Below are positions 24,165 to 36,500 of a stretch of DNA of 64,000 bases, one piece after another. Under the pieces are notes generated by a model, which saw nothing but the letters and a program-made list of their open reading frames with translations, searched no databases and was not told where the DNA came from. This stretch comes from Dicyema japonicum (lineage: Eukaryota > Animalia > Dicyemida), in contig RDEW01000016.1 of NCBI GenBank assembly GCA_011109175.1, positions 357,516-421,515 of the forward strand, in the 5' to 3' direction. How positions within the stretch are numbered: the stretch's first letter is position 1; the number at the start of each line of letters is the position of its first letter. The position numbers were made by a program, and so were the translations under genes.

Positions 24165-25325
24165 ATGGACAGTAAATGGGCTATTCGTGCATTCCCTGGA
24201 AGCAGTGGCGCCGGTCTGGACGGCCTACGCCCAAGCCACATAAAAGACCTCTCCTCTGTAACAACTGTCGACACAGGGGACTCCCTCATCGTCTCATTGA
24301 ATGCTCTTACGAACCACGTTCTTCGGGCAGATATCTCGGAGTATGCTCGAGAACTCCTCTTCGCTTCGAGGTTGGTAGCCTTCAAGAAGCCTTGCGGCGG
24401 GACGAGACCCATCGCCATTGGTAACGTTTTTAGGCGCTTATCGTGCAGCCAGCAAGACTTTGAGTGCCGAACTTAGTCCTGTCAAACTCGGAGTTGGAGT
24501 ACCTAATGGATGTGAAGCAGTAATACATTCAATCCGGAATTTTGTTGCCAGCCCTCCTGACGCGCAGGATTCAATTATAGTCAAACTGGACATACGTAAT
24601 GCATTCAATAGCATCCGAAGGGATAGAATCATAGAAGATAGTGTCTCTAGGATTTCTGAGATCAGCAGGATGGTCAGACTTTCATATGGTTCCCCGTGTA
24701 TGCTGATCTTCGGACAACACGCCATCAAGTCCAAGACTGGAGTCCAACAAGGAGACCCACTTGGCCCTCTACTCTTTGCTTTGGGTATCGACTGTGTATC
24801 ATCTGCGATCAAAACTCCCTTGAACTTATGGTACCTCAATGACGCGACCATTGGGGGGAGTTGGGAAATTGTTGTGGAAGAGGTTAAACGCGTCATCCCT
24901 GCCCTCGCGGCACTCGAACTGGAGCCGAATCCATCGAAGTGCGAAGTTATTAACGTGACCTGTGGAGAGGACACCTTCGAAGGCGCAATAACGACCATTT
25001 CTACTTGCCTCCAGGACATCAAAGTCACCCGACTAGAAAAGGCGATTTTCCTCGGATCTCCTCTGTATGACATGTCAACTGTCCTGGAGGAGAAGAGTGA
25101 ATCCGTACAACTGCTCACGCACAATCTAAAGGCTTCGGACTCCCACATTTCTCTCTTTATCCTCAAAAATTTTCACCTTACACCACTGCTCCTTTTTTTT
25201 CTACGGACATCCCCATGTTTCACAGACATGGATTTCTTGAGAGTTATCGATGAGAAGCTGAGGACCTCTGTTGAAGAAACACTTAACATCTCTCTGGATA
25301 AAGCAGGGTGGACCCAATGCACCCT
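24165..25325 (+). mobile_element. CRE-clade non-LTR retrotransposon RT region, 3'-truncated
   Basis: SSGAGLDGLRPSHI, GGTRPIAIGNVFRRL, KLDIRNAFNS, GVQQGDPLGPLLF, WYLNDATIGG (YLDD changed to YLND); one frameshift. Confidence 0.9.
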
Positions 25326-25423
25326 AACACTGAACCCTAACTCTAACAGTAAACCCCAACCCTAAAACATAACACTCAACTTTAACCCCAACTAACCCAA
25401 AACGCTAACTTTAGCCCTAACCC
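25321..25423. repeat. Degenerate telomere-like (CCCTAA)n tract
   Basis: Four exact CCCTAA hexamers (25322, 25335, 25360, 25415) among variants CTCTAA, CCCCAA, CGCTAA. Confidence 0.6.
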
Positions 25424-25500
25424 AGGTAATGTAGTAATCATAAAAATAATCCAATTTAAAAAAAAATCTTAAAAAATTTCAAAAAACACAATTTTTTAGC

Positions 25501-26360
25501 TCAACTAATATGAACTGTGTTATATTCTTTATTTTTTCCGTTTTGGTCAACAATAGTTATCAGTTCTCCTTTCTTACTAACAACTTGGTACTTTTTTGCA
25601 GAAACTTCGTCATAGTATTTCGTTGCCTGAATTGAGTTCACAATAGTTATCAGTTCTCCTTTCTTACTAACAACTTGGTACTTTTTTGCAGAAACTTCGT
25701 CATAGTATTTCGTTGCCTGAATTGAGTTCATCATATTTCTATCTTCGGCGTTTTTTCATTTTTTTCACCTGACTTTATTGTATTTTCAAGAGCAATTTTC
25801 TTTTTTCTTGTCCTAAATTTTTCAAGGATGAAAATTCTATCGGCTCTTTTTCTACATCTTTGCCGGAAAAATTTATTAACGATTCTATTTTTTCCTGATC
25901 GTATTTTTCTCCAGATTGATGTTGTAAAAAATTTCAAAAAACCGCTGTCTTGTAGGATGGTTTGATCTATTATAATCCCTTACAATGTTATTTATGAGGT
26001 CAATATAGCTTCCAAAATTTCTCTTGGATGAACTCGTGAAACAAACACATCTTTTAATTGATTGGTTAAATCTATTGGGATGAAAAACAAAAACCGCTCT
26101 ACTTGTCTTTGTATCCAAAGAGCTCGTGGACGTCCTGTAACATGCGAAATGGAAAATTTATCGCATAACTCTTGCATGTGCTGATTTTTAAATTCCTTGC
26201 CATTATCCGTATGTAGGATAATAGGCAGTCCAATGAGAAAAAAATATTCTTTAGAATTTTGGATATCTCAATTCCAGAATTGGTGACGGCACTTTCAACA
26301 ACAGCAAATTTAGAAAATGAGTCTATAAGAACCATAATCTGATAAATATATTGCAAACTA
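25501..26360 (-). mobile_element. rve integrase remnant (Ginger/GIN-like)
   Basis: LIDSFSKF, HTDNGKEFKN-like segment, TGRPRALWIQRQVERF, RFNQSIKR, YNRSNH. Confidence 0.75.
25551..25730. repeat. Perfect 90-bp tandem duplication
   Basis: 25551-25640 is identical to 25641-25730. Confidence 0.9.
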
Positions 26361-26945
26361 ATTACCCATAAATAGTTTTCATTTTGAGAAAAATATCAAC
26401 GTAATCAACAAGATTTACAATGTACCGATCTCTTGGAACATAAACAATGATTGGTGTAATTTCAGATTTAGTTGCAAGCAATCGTTTTGAATAAAATTAC
26501 TATATTTGATACCTGACAATAGACACATTTAGAGACCACTAACTTCTTTACGTGTAGCACCATAATGGGTAAGTGCTAATAAACAATATAGTCCAAAGTG
26601 ATTATGTTGAGCCTAATATAAATTGGATGAAATATAACTTCAATGTATTTTTCTTTAAGTTCTGCTTCTTCCACACAAAAGTATCTCAGTTCTATTCCAT
26701 TTTTTATAATGTAGGGTTTCAAATCTTTAAAATGAAATGTTCGGCACATCTTTTGATTTTTGCCCGTTCTCTCCAGTCAGGGCAATAATCGATCTTACCA
26801 GTAGCACAGTAGATCCTAATTTTGTCCAAGATATTACGTGTTAGGTTCACTAGATGCATGTTTTATAATTAGTATTTTAAATAAAAATCTGTACTATATG
26901 TTTTTTTTATTTAACAAACAATAAAAAAATTAATATATTTAATAA

Positions 26946-27240
26946 TCAACAACCTTCCTCGCCTGCCTGTTCGCCAGCCTTCTCATGCAGGTTCGATTCT
27001 GGTTGCTGAAACAACTCCGAGAGCGCCTTGTCCAATTGAACCCTCTGCCCATATGGCATCTCAGGTCTCTGCCTCCTATACTTTAGTGTCAGGCTCTTTA
27101 GGGTCCGCTTTAGCACAGTGGATTGTAGATAGCCCTGGAGCTTCCTATCTACCTCCAGCTGCTTCAGATAACCCTTGTGGTACTTTGTTGTAATTGCTTC
27201 CCACGTCATTACTATTGGAATAACGCGAACCTTGCAACCA
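26946..27240 (-). mobile_element. R4/Dong-like C-terminal remnant
   Basis: VIPIVMTWEAITTKY...YLQSTVLKRTL parallels ILPIVLTWDGIVSRY...YIQTIALKKTL in the 991-aa ORF. Confidence 0.7.
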
Positions 27241-27249
27241 ATATACTAT

Positions 27250-27890
27250 ATTATTATTATTTTTAAGCACTTCACGAGAGCCATACTAATTATAGCCCCG
27301 CATGTGCAGCAAAAGAAACAAAGTTAGATGTCAACCTTTTCCATGCTCCCCTGTTCCTAGCCAAGGCTCTCATGTTGTCCAGGTCGTCGGAATTTATTAG
27401 ATTTTTTTTGATATTGACCAAGTCTTTTTGTAAGACTATTGGCAGTGTTGTTCTTGGTCTTCCACGATAGCGGCCTTCTTGGCTAACAAAGTATATATCC
27501 ATAGACATGTTAGGTAGGAAAGTTAATTCCATCCTCAGCACGTCTCCGAAGAGCTTCCATCGGGATCCAGTACTTCTAAGCTGATATGTCTAGTGCTGCA
27601 TCCCTTATATAAAGCATTCCTCGATATTCTCGTAGGCCAAGTAGTTCCTGTTAATTTTTCTCAGCTGACCTCTGTGGAAGGAGTCTAGTTTTTCCATATC
27701 CGCTGATGAGGTCGCCCAAGTTCCAGTGTTATATAAAAGTACGGGTTTTATGAATGATTCGTATAATAGAATTCTCATTTTCGTGTCGATGCCTTTTTGA
27801 TTGAGCCATAGATGCTTCAGTTTATATAACGCAGCATTGGCTAGAGTTTTCTTACGTAAAATATCTTCGCTATCTCCCAAAAGTGAACCG
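27250..27890 (-). mobile_element. RTE LINE 3' part with short (TAA)n tail
   Basis: ANAALYKL, LYESFIKPVLLYNTGTW, DSFHRGQLRKI, RGRPRTTLP, LARNRGAWK. Confidence 0.85.
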
Positions 27891-28395
27891 AGTTTCTATA
27901 CTTGTCGCCACTTCTATTCTATATGTAATTTTAATATTATTAATAAGTTTTCCAATGAAAGTTTTACTAAGAAAAATATTTATTTTTTTTATTTTGGGAT
28001 GAATCTCGATGTACGGCGCTTCGCATGTATGGACTGTGACATAAGCTGCTTGAAAAGGATAAAAACTTTAATTTTTAAAATGTTAAAAAATATTTTAATA
28101 ATTTTGATTAAAATTAAGTTACCAACATTAACAGCACGAAATTAATAAGGCTAGATTTAAAGTCATGTTTATTTTTTGTCTTAAATCTTATATTTTATGG
28201 TCACATGTCAATCATTATTAGGTCAAATTTTTGGTTGTTCTACTCATGATTTAACAGTCATTAATCGGCACAAAGTAACGGATTTATTTTAAATAAATCA
28301 TTTACTTGTGTAGAAAACTGCCTGCATTTATAAAAGACAGATCCAAACATTCTTCCTTACCTAGTAGCTAACAAGTAAAGAATTCATAATCATTG

Positions 28396-28619
28396 ATTTG
28401 CAATAAGTAATAATCCGATAAACTTTTGGATAAAGATAATCATTAATCTTAGAACTTTTACGCTCGACCCTTAAGTATGTTTCCCAAAGCTTGGCTACTT
28501 GCGTATCATTTGCAATAAGTAATAATCCGATAAACTTTTGGATAAAGATAATCATTAATCTTAGAACTTTTACGCTCGACCCTTAAGTATGTTTCCCAAA
28601 GCTTGGCTACTTGCGTATC
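28396..28619. repeat. Perfect 112-bp tandem duplication
   Basis: 28396-28507 is identical to 28508-28619. Confidence 0.9.
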
Positions 28620-30049
28620 TATATACGATTGTAGAAATCACAGGATCTTCGATTTTACTTCTACTGGATCATCGCTCAGACGATAAAATTAGTCTGATCC
28701 GCATGGAGGTTTGCCTTTTCCTCTTTGAAGATCGAGAAAATCAACTCATACTAACGGAAAATATTTCCTCTTTATTTGGATTGAAGTTAATAAAAAATAT
28801 TTTATTATTGAAAGAAAACGTTCATGCAGTTATGGAATATCTTTAAGAAATAACCCAATGTCGTAGTTAGTTTTTGATAGCACTCTCTTTACCTATTTTT
28901 GGTGGATTACTAATAATTGCGCTAATTAGGAGGATGAAGAGAAGCCTTCAGCCAAATGGCCAACGGGAGAATCAATTAGTAAACTATCATTATAACATGA
29001 ATCCTACTACTTTTAATTGATCAATTAAATGTTCTAATTGAGACGGAAATAGAAACTTCTACGGCTACGCACAAGCTTCTGTGCCAGAGAACTTTTGATT
29101 ACGAGTCTCTCTTTTGTAACCAACTAGGCAAAGGGTAACAAAACGGTTTCACGAAAATTTTCATTAGGGTCGGAAGTTAAGACCTATAAGAAGAATATTA
29201 ATTCGACTGATAGAGTCATAACATCTTTCATGAGTGCAAGACTTCAATTAAAATTACAAGAGGTACGTGAAACTTTAGTTTCATTAATTGGCAGTGCTTT
29301 CTTTCTTTACGATTCCGTATTTGAATACATGAGTAAAGGATCTGAGTTTTTTTCTTATAACCCCCTAATTCATATCTCAACTCCCTCTCATATAGAGCTT
29401 ATTAGGCTGCCATCTTCATCAATTAACAACCTCCTCCAGTCTCTTCCAAACGAAAATTTTGATCACTACCTTACTTGACTCCGATGAGCGATTTAAAAAG
29501 AAAAATCACTTTTTACACCCATAATGACGAACTCCCAAGTGGGCGTGTAAATAAAAATCATTCTTTTAATATATAGTGTTGTGTTTTCAAAACATAAATT
29601 TTATTCTTTTTCGAAAATCAAGAGTCTTGAATTGGTCAGTAAATTGAAGATCGTTGCTCTAAAAAAGGCGGATATCGTAAATTCCGTACAATTTTGTAGC
29701 CGATCCGTCGATTCCAATCCCAAAAGCTCATCCCCGAACTTATCCACTGCCCCTGCTGCTGTATAATAAATCCTTATACTGTTTGCGAGTATCTAAGTGT
29801 AGAGAATTCACCAACCAAAGATCTTCAAGATTCCCAGACCAGAATGCGACCATCAAATTCCACAAAGGCTCTGTAAACTGAAAATAGTCTTCTTTTCAGT
29901 GAAATTTAGTTTCTAAAGAGTAGAATAGCCAAATCCTGCAACCTTTGCAGAAGATAGTATTTGTAATTAATCAAAAAATTATTATTTTAAACCCAAGACA
30001 CCAATTAAAGTTGAAATATTTCCAAAGATCACAGTTAAAAAAAATAAGA

Positions 30050-30900
30050 ATTTATGTGGTCCCGGCGAATTCCAATTGGGCTCTCAGCTTGGCCCAGAGG
30101 TCTTCCCTCGATTCAACAAAAGCACGCAGTGGACGAGTGATCTTCTGGTATCGCTGAAGTTGGCCTCCAATTATTCTTATTAAGTCTTCCAAGCGATTTC
30201 CCAAAACATTTCACACGTGGTTCGAGAAAGTCATATTGGTGTCAAATACTACTCCCAGGATCTTCTTCCATTTTTAAAATGGCAACTTGCTTCCATCTGC
30301 TTATCCACTGTCCTGTTGGATATTCTCTTATCAGAGGTAAGGAGACAAGTAACTGATTTTTCCGGGCTAATCGATCTGTCTTCGATTAACCAGCAGATTA
30401 AACAGTTTACAAGTAGTTGTGATATCTCCGAAGAGACCTGAGCGTCTTGGTCCCAAGATGCAATAACAATATCATCTGCATAAGCCAGTAAAAGGTGATC
30501 CTCATGTTTCGGAGTAGGGATATCATTCAAGAAAAGGTTGAACAGTATTGGGGACTGAGAAGATCCTTGGGGTATTTCATTTGGAATTAAACTGGAGCTC
30601 GATCGTAGGTTTCTCAAACAGACCCGTTCTCTTCGTCCACTGAAAAAATTCACCAGCTAGAGTTTGAAATTCCCAGGTATATTCGTCTGATTATTTTCCT
30701 GGTGTGAATTTTTCTTGGGATGGAGTTAAATGCCTTGTGAATGTCTACAAAACATAGAATTGTTTTTTGTGCCTGGGTTTGTTGGTGAACCCCGAGCAAA
30801 TAAAATCACTCAGGGATAGCAGGTAAGTATCCGTCGAGTGAAGTGAGTTAAATCCGTGTTGGAATGGTTTCTCTAGGATTGTTCCTCTGATCTTCTGAAA
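30050..30900 (-). mobile_element. APE-type LINE RT remnant (Ingi/Vingi-like)
   Basis: IPQGSSQSPILFNLFLND, LAYADDIVIA. Confidence 0.75.
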
Positions 30901-31729
30901 AAAATAGTTTTTCCAGAATTTTCGAATTTATAGTATTTCCCCTCATGCAGAAGAACAGAAGCTATCAAAGAAATTTTCTATACTACATAAATCAGCAAAA
31001 ATACCTCGAATTTGCTATTTTTGTGCTTTTATCATCAATATCGTGACGGATCGTGAATTTTATGAAATCACACAAAGGTCTTGATAGCTTTTCAAATTTA
31101 AACTTTTAAAGTTTCCGCAAGAATCTAATTTAAAGAAATGGAAACTTTATTTTCTTGGTTTATTCGAATTCACTGATTTCAGAATCGTGCCAAGTTGACT
31201 TTGCAATTTGTATTCAATATAACACAAAGTAAGTATGGACTTTCATATAACCTGCATAAATAACAATCTAGAAGCTAGAGAAATACCTGGAATTATGAAA
31301 AAACCCGGAGATATGATAATTGCTTAGAATCCTCAATATTTTTAGATATGTTTTTATTCCACCATATAATAAAATATCAACCTGACTACTACTATTATTA
31401 TTATTATTATTACTATTACACCACAAGAGTAGATAAAATCGAGTCTACAAGCAAATTTTATTTATTTTATTAAATATTTTATAATTAAACATATTTTTAT
31501 TTTTTTTATTTTTCTCTTTTTTTTATTTGTTGTTATTAAATGCGAGAACAATCATAATGGATAAGATCAACTCAACTCAATCCAATATGACCAAAACAAT
31601 CTCTGAATCACAGGAATACCAATAAAGGTACCCTGTTTTGGTTATTTTGGTTAAGGTTGATGACGAATCTCAAATTGCACTAATCTCAAATTGTCTTTTT
31701 CACTCTTTTTAAACTCTCTGTTCACGCTA

Positions 31730-33180
31730 GCTTGCATCCTTCAACGTTCGAGGACTAAAATCGTCGGTCAAAAAGAGGTCACTCAGCCAGGATCCGAAGC
31801 GATACAACATTACTATCTGCTGCCTGCAAGAGACCAAAGTCAAAGGAAGACTTAAAGAACAAAATGCTGACCACGACCTTATCTTGCTTCATTCGGACTG
31901 TCACCACTACGGAATGGGCTTTGCGTTGGATATCAGACTCCGGAATAAATAAAAAGAATATGGAAAGTGAATGATAGAATTTGCGTAATTCAATTGGAAA
32001 CTTGATCTAACTCTACAATTACAATTATAAATGTATATGCACCTACATCTCCAAAAGTCTCTAACAACCCAACGGAACTGGATGACTTTACAGTTCACTA
32101 TCTACAATCCAAAATATCCACGATTTATCTACTTTACATAAGTGGAGATTGGAACGCGAAGATCGGAATATGGGCCAGAGAACTGAGCTTCATGTGTACT
32201 TATGTGAGAGGTCAAAGGAACATGTCTGGAGCAACTATGGCCAACTTCGCTATTAATAAACAATTATTCATCTGTAACACAGCATTCCATCACGCTGCAA
32301 GACATATCACGAACTGGACTGAAGAACGCCGAGACTAGATGGACATCTAATCAAAATATATAACCAAATTGACTACATACTGTGTCGACAATCACAGAAA
32401 GCCCTACTCACAGATCCCCGAACATATGAAGGAACATTATGATTGAGTGACCATAAACTATTGGTAATCGGACTTCTTTTAAAAAGAAGAATTTAGATTA
32501 ACAGAGTCAAAACAGAAACAGAAACAAAGTCGAACTCTCAAGCAACAATCCTGTCCACAGATATAACTATTCAGCTAAAATGTCACAATCTATAGAACCG
32601 ATCAATCTCAATCTACCTGCTGGAAGTTTATAGAATAAACTCGTAAATAAAACAAAATCAGTAGCTAATCACACGATTGGGACAATTCCCAAAACCTTCA
32701 AAGGAATACACGACCCACATATAGATCACCTCTCCCATTTACAAAAGGATCTACGTATTAAATGCACGAACACTCACAACCAAGTGAAAGCAACTGAGTT
32801 CAAAGAAACAAAATTATGCGAGAAATCAAGAAAAAATGTCAGATAAACTACGAAACAGAGCTACAAAAACCTTGCAAATATTATAGGAAAGTACAAACAA
32901 GAAGTGCAAATGTATGCATCAATAAAGATCTAGCGCGAAGACCCATATACAAAACCAGGAACACACAGATACCATAGCTGATCACTTCAAAAAATACATC
33001 AATTTTGAAAACGAAGAAACTCTTTATCCGTTTAATGGAATTCCCAGAAAGCTATCACCAGAAATAACTTCAACAGAAGTTTAAAAGGCTGTGACAAGAC
33101 TAAACAGCTTAACAGCCCCAAGCCCAGATAATGTTAATGCAGAGCTCATAAAATACGCTCCTGAAGATATCGTTCTCCCT
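31730..33180 (+). mobile_element. Degenerate RTE LINE, APE to start of RT
   Basis: LASFNVRGL, CCLQETK, HYGMGF, INVYAPT, SGDWNAKIG, NQIDYILC, APSPDNVNAELIKYA. Confidence 0.85.
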
Positions 33181-33249
33181 TCGAGCGTTTCCATCAATAA
33201 GGGAATACCTTGTTGAGCTCGCAGAGGAAAGTGCATTTTTTTAAGTTAA

Positions 33250-33812
33250 GTTCAGACCAATATTTCCCTAAAAAAGATAAATTTACATCAAGTGATATTA
33301 ATAATTTCTGATGCATGGAAGGAGGTTTCATCAGAAATTATTATTAATTGTTTGGAAAAAGTGTTCACCATTCCGATGATCTTAATGGTTTCTTCATCAA
33401 TAAAAAATTGACAAAGCGATGGAATATGTTTTAGAATAAAATGACCCTGAGTTAGAGAAAAATTTATAATGAAATTGAGGCTGAATATGTAACTATTGAT
33501 AACATAAATAAAGTTGATTAAATATGTTGCCGGATTGTCGTAAAGGTTTTTATGATTTTAGAAATATATTCATGCCCAATTTAAAATTTAAATATGGTTA
33601 ATTTATTTTATTTATTTAATATGGTTATAGACAAAAGATTACTGATTACTTTAAACAATGTTAATTTCCGTTAAAATTTAAGGATTTAATCAACGAAGTA
33701 TAGTTATGACTCAATAATAACAAATTTTTGTAAGATTTATTGAGTAACCTCTATTTTTGGAACAACCTCTGTTTTTGGAACACTTGTTGTTCCAAATAGA
33801 AGTTAGACGACT
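33250..33812 (+). mobile_element. pogo/Tigger-like transposon 3' remnant
   Basis: INLHQVILIISDAWKEVSSEIIINC; TIR-like GTTCCAAATAGAAGTTAGACGAC-TA near 33790-33812. Confidence 0.45.
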
Positions 33813-33814
33813 AA

Positions 33815-34680
33815 TCCGGTCAAACACAGTGTGTTAGTGTGTATTGAAAAATGTATGTCGCAAGAATCGTAACAACAGTGACACATCACAAGGAGACTCA
33901 ATCTGTCCGGTATCGTTCACTATATACTTTGAATCTGCTCTACGAGATATCGAGAAGTATTACAGCGACAAAATTATGGAAATTGTTTACAGCGGTGATA
34001 TTTACTGTATCAAGTAACAAAGATGCACTAGGACGACCGATGGAGGTAGCACCAGACCGCCGGCTAAATGGTCTTTATTAATGACAATTTGAAGACGGAT
34101 ATCGTCGATATCAAAAGGACGGAACCACGCAGTACTGAAAACTAGAGAAAGGCCATAAAACTTGGCTCGCTTTTAACGACTCAGAAGACATTGCCAGAAA
34201 GATATTATAATCTACGGTGACCATACAAAAGCTTTTGAAATGTTGGATCACTCCGACTAAGATTGTATGAGGCTATCGTGAAATTGATCCTTAAGTATTT
34301 CTTTGGAAAATGGCGTATCTCGAAAACAGATGACGAAGGATCGACTCCCTTCATAGGAATCAACTACATTCTCTCTTGGGATTAAGTGGCCAATGTGTGT
34401 AAGGAGTGAAGCATTGTACAAAAGCCAATCCTCTAGACCTCTGAGCAATTTGATCATGAAAAAGCGCTGGAACTGTTTTGTCATATTCTAAGAATTAAGT
34501 GAGCTACGTCAACAACATCATCATTGAAGAATTCTTTGAAACAACTGAGAAAAATTTCAGAGGCCATCGGCTTATAACGCTTTCCGATGTCCTTGTCCTT
34601 AATACAGATTTGCATTAAACAGAGCATCATTGGACAGTTAATACCTCTCAGTTTGCGGCATCGAATAGGAGATAGTGGAA
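33815..34680 (+). mobile_element. Degenerate RTE RT, 3' half
   Basis: QGDSICPVSFTIYFESAL, LGSLL, RLYEAIVK, HRNQLHSLLGIKWP. Confidence 0.75.
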
Positions 34681-35446
34681 GAGACTAATTTATAAAATAA
34701 TTAAAAAAATAATCCTCAAAAGGGATATCAAACATAAAGGTATATTATTCAACTCGGTTAACCGACTGCTATGTTGCTCAGCTTATTCGTTACCCCGCAT
34801 TTGTTGTGCATATATCCCTAATTGCACTAAACGATCACTATGTTGCTCCATAGTTTCATTTAATCTTTCGTCTCCTATTGCAATTCTTCTTTTTTGAGAC
34901 CGATCTGTAAAAAATAAACTTTCTTTTTCATAAAATTCACGTCGAATGTGTGTCAGCGTTAAATTTATTAAACAAAAAAACCCACTTTATAGCCAGAATG
35001 AATAGATTCAAGTGATCCTGACCTACCAAAACAAGTATCCTCAGTCTTGAATGAAGTGCCCTCCAGGGAAAACACCTCTGGATTGTTGTTGAGTAATGGT
35101 TCTTTTTGAATATAATTTAGGATTATATCTGGCGCTACAACAGATGGTGAACCACATTACACACGCTAACAATTCTAGCTCCCTGGGCCACAAAAAAAGA
35201 CAGGCACAGAAGAAATTACCAAATAATCTTCAATTAATGTAGACACATCACCACGTAGCTGCTTTAATTTGATTTAAGATAGAATCAACATTAGTGTCAT
35301 CCGTAACTTTAATAAAGTGGAAATATAGAATTAAATAGTATCGGGTTCATAGCTATAGAGAATATTCCGTTATTATCTGTCTTCAATGAAGAACTATGAG
35401 AGGAAATAAATAATTTTGCCTTAGTTCTCTATATGACGAATAATTT

Positions 35447-35518
35447 GCTTGGATGGTTTAGTGATTATCACGTTGGCCTAACACGCGAAAGATTTTGGTT
35501 CGAATCTTATTCTAAGTA
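35447..35518 (+). pseudogene. tRNA-Val(AAC) pseudogene
   Basis: Acceptor stem GCTTGGA/TCTAAGT, anticodon arm TTGGC-CTAACAC-GCGAA, GGTTCGAAT, downstream T5. Mismatches in the D, anticodon and T stems. Confidence 0.7.
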
Positions 35519-35639
35519 ATTTTCCACATTCTCATGTTTTGAAGTTTTATTGTTTCCATACTTTTGTGAATAATGTCATTTTTTCAATCGTTTTTAAAAA
35601 CAAAAATATTTAAAAACAATTTTATTCCTTGCTGACGGC

Positions 35640-35905
35640 AACGCATTCTCCTAGAGACGCATCCGATCAAGCGGAGGCCAAAAAGATCGTAAATACGAAT
35701 CCCTTGACCAATGCCATTTCACCCCCATTACTGTAGAGACAATTTGAACCGTTGGTGCGAAGACGGACGCCTTTCTTTTCTAGTATTGGAAGAAAACACG
35801 CCTCAAAAAGTGTGAACCACGGGAGTGGCTCTGGTTGAGGCAGAGGCTCGAAATGGCGATTATCAGAGGTACATCTTCGCCACTCTGTCGTCCTAGTTAT
35901 TTTCG
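35640..35905 (+). mobile_element. CRE-clade 3' fragment
   Basis: KYESL...FTPITVET...REWLWLRQRLEMAIIRG. Confidence 0.7.
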
Positions 35906-36020
35906 AATAATTGTTTAACTAATATAAAAAATGTTTTATAAAAAAATTATATTCTTAAATTATTAAATTGTTTTTTTTATTTGGGGGAAAACAATTATTT
36001 TTAAATAATGAAAATTAGGC

Positions 36021-36075
36021 AATAATTAGGACGACAGAATGGCGAAGGCGTTACCTCTGATTATCGCCATATTGG
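36021..36075 (-). mobile_element. Second CRE 3' tip, inverted relative to 35853-35901
   Basis: Reverse complement ATGGCGATAATCAGAGGTAACGCCTTCGCCATTCTGTCGTCCTAATTATT. Confidence 0.65.
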
Positions 36076-36181
36076 ACACCTCCATCCCCTTTTCGGAATG
36101 CCAATAAAAATAAGATCTCTAGCAAATTTTGGAATATCACCATTAACTATTCGAGTGAGCAGCAAGGTGATAGACGTTAAC

Positions 36182-36500
36182 AATGCTCTTCACTTCTTTG
36201 CTTTTTCTTCTGTGTATGACCTTTTGACTATCAGTTCCGCAGTGAGTCTTTACTGATGATGGCGTCACTCGTCAAGCCTAGTCGCAAGGAGTGTCTTTTT
36301 TATGCTGGATTTCAAAGATTTGAGTGAACGGAACAACCTGGAGTTAATTATTCAAAAGAATTTCTCAAAGAATATCTCTCTGAGGACCTCCCCGCTGAAA
36401 TGCAGGCTGAACTACACTTTAGTTACGATTTGGCAGATCCAGGTTCGTGTAAGACGGACTTTCAATGAGGTGCTGGAGCTCGTAGCGTAGATGTTGTGCG
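36182..36500 (-). mobile_element. Probable LINE 3' end (CR1/L2-like C-terminus) whose tail is shared with the SINE at 2.2 kb
   Basis: IFFEKFF..NSRLFRSLKSLKSSIKRH-like segment; tail similar to 2175-2276. Confidence 0.4.

Noticed and set aside
24438-25166. 242-aa minus-strand ORF (likewise 20336-20869 and 57066-57413)
   Set aside because: Antisense shadows of RT/RLE coding sequence.
35447-35518. Functional tRNA-Val(AAC)
   Set aside because: G-G mismatch in the anticodon stem, a poorly paired T stem and the D-loop GG changed to GA; called a pseudogene.
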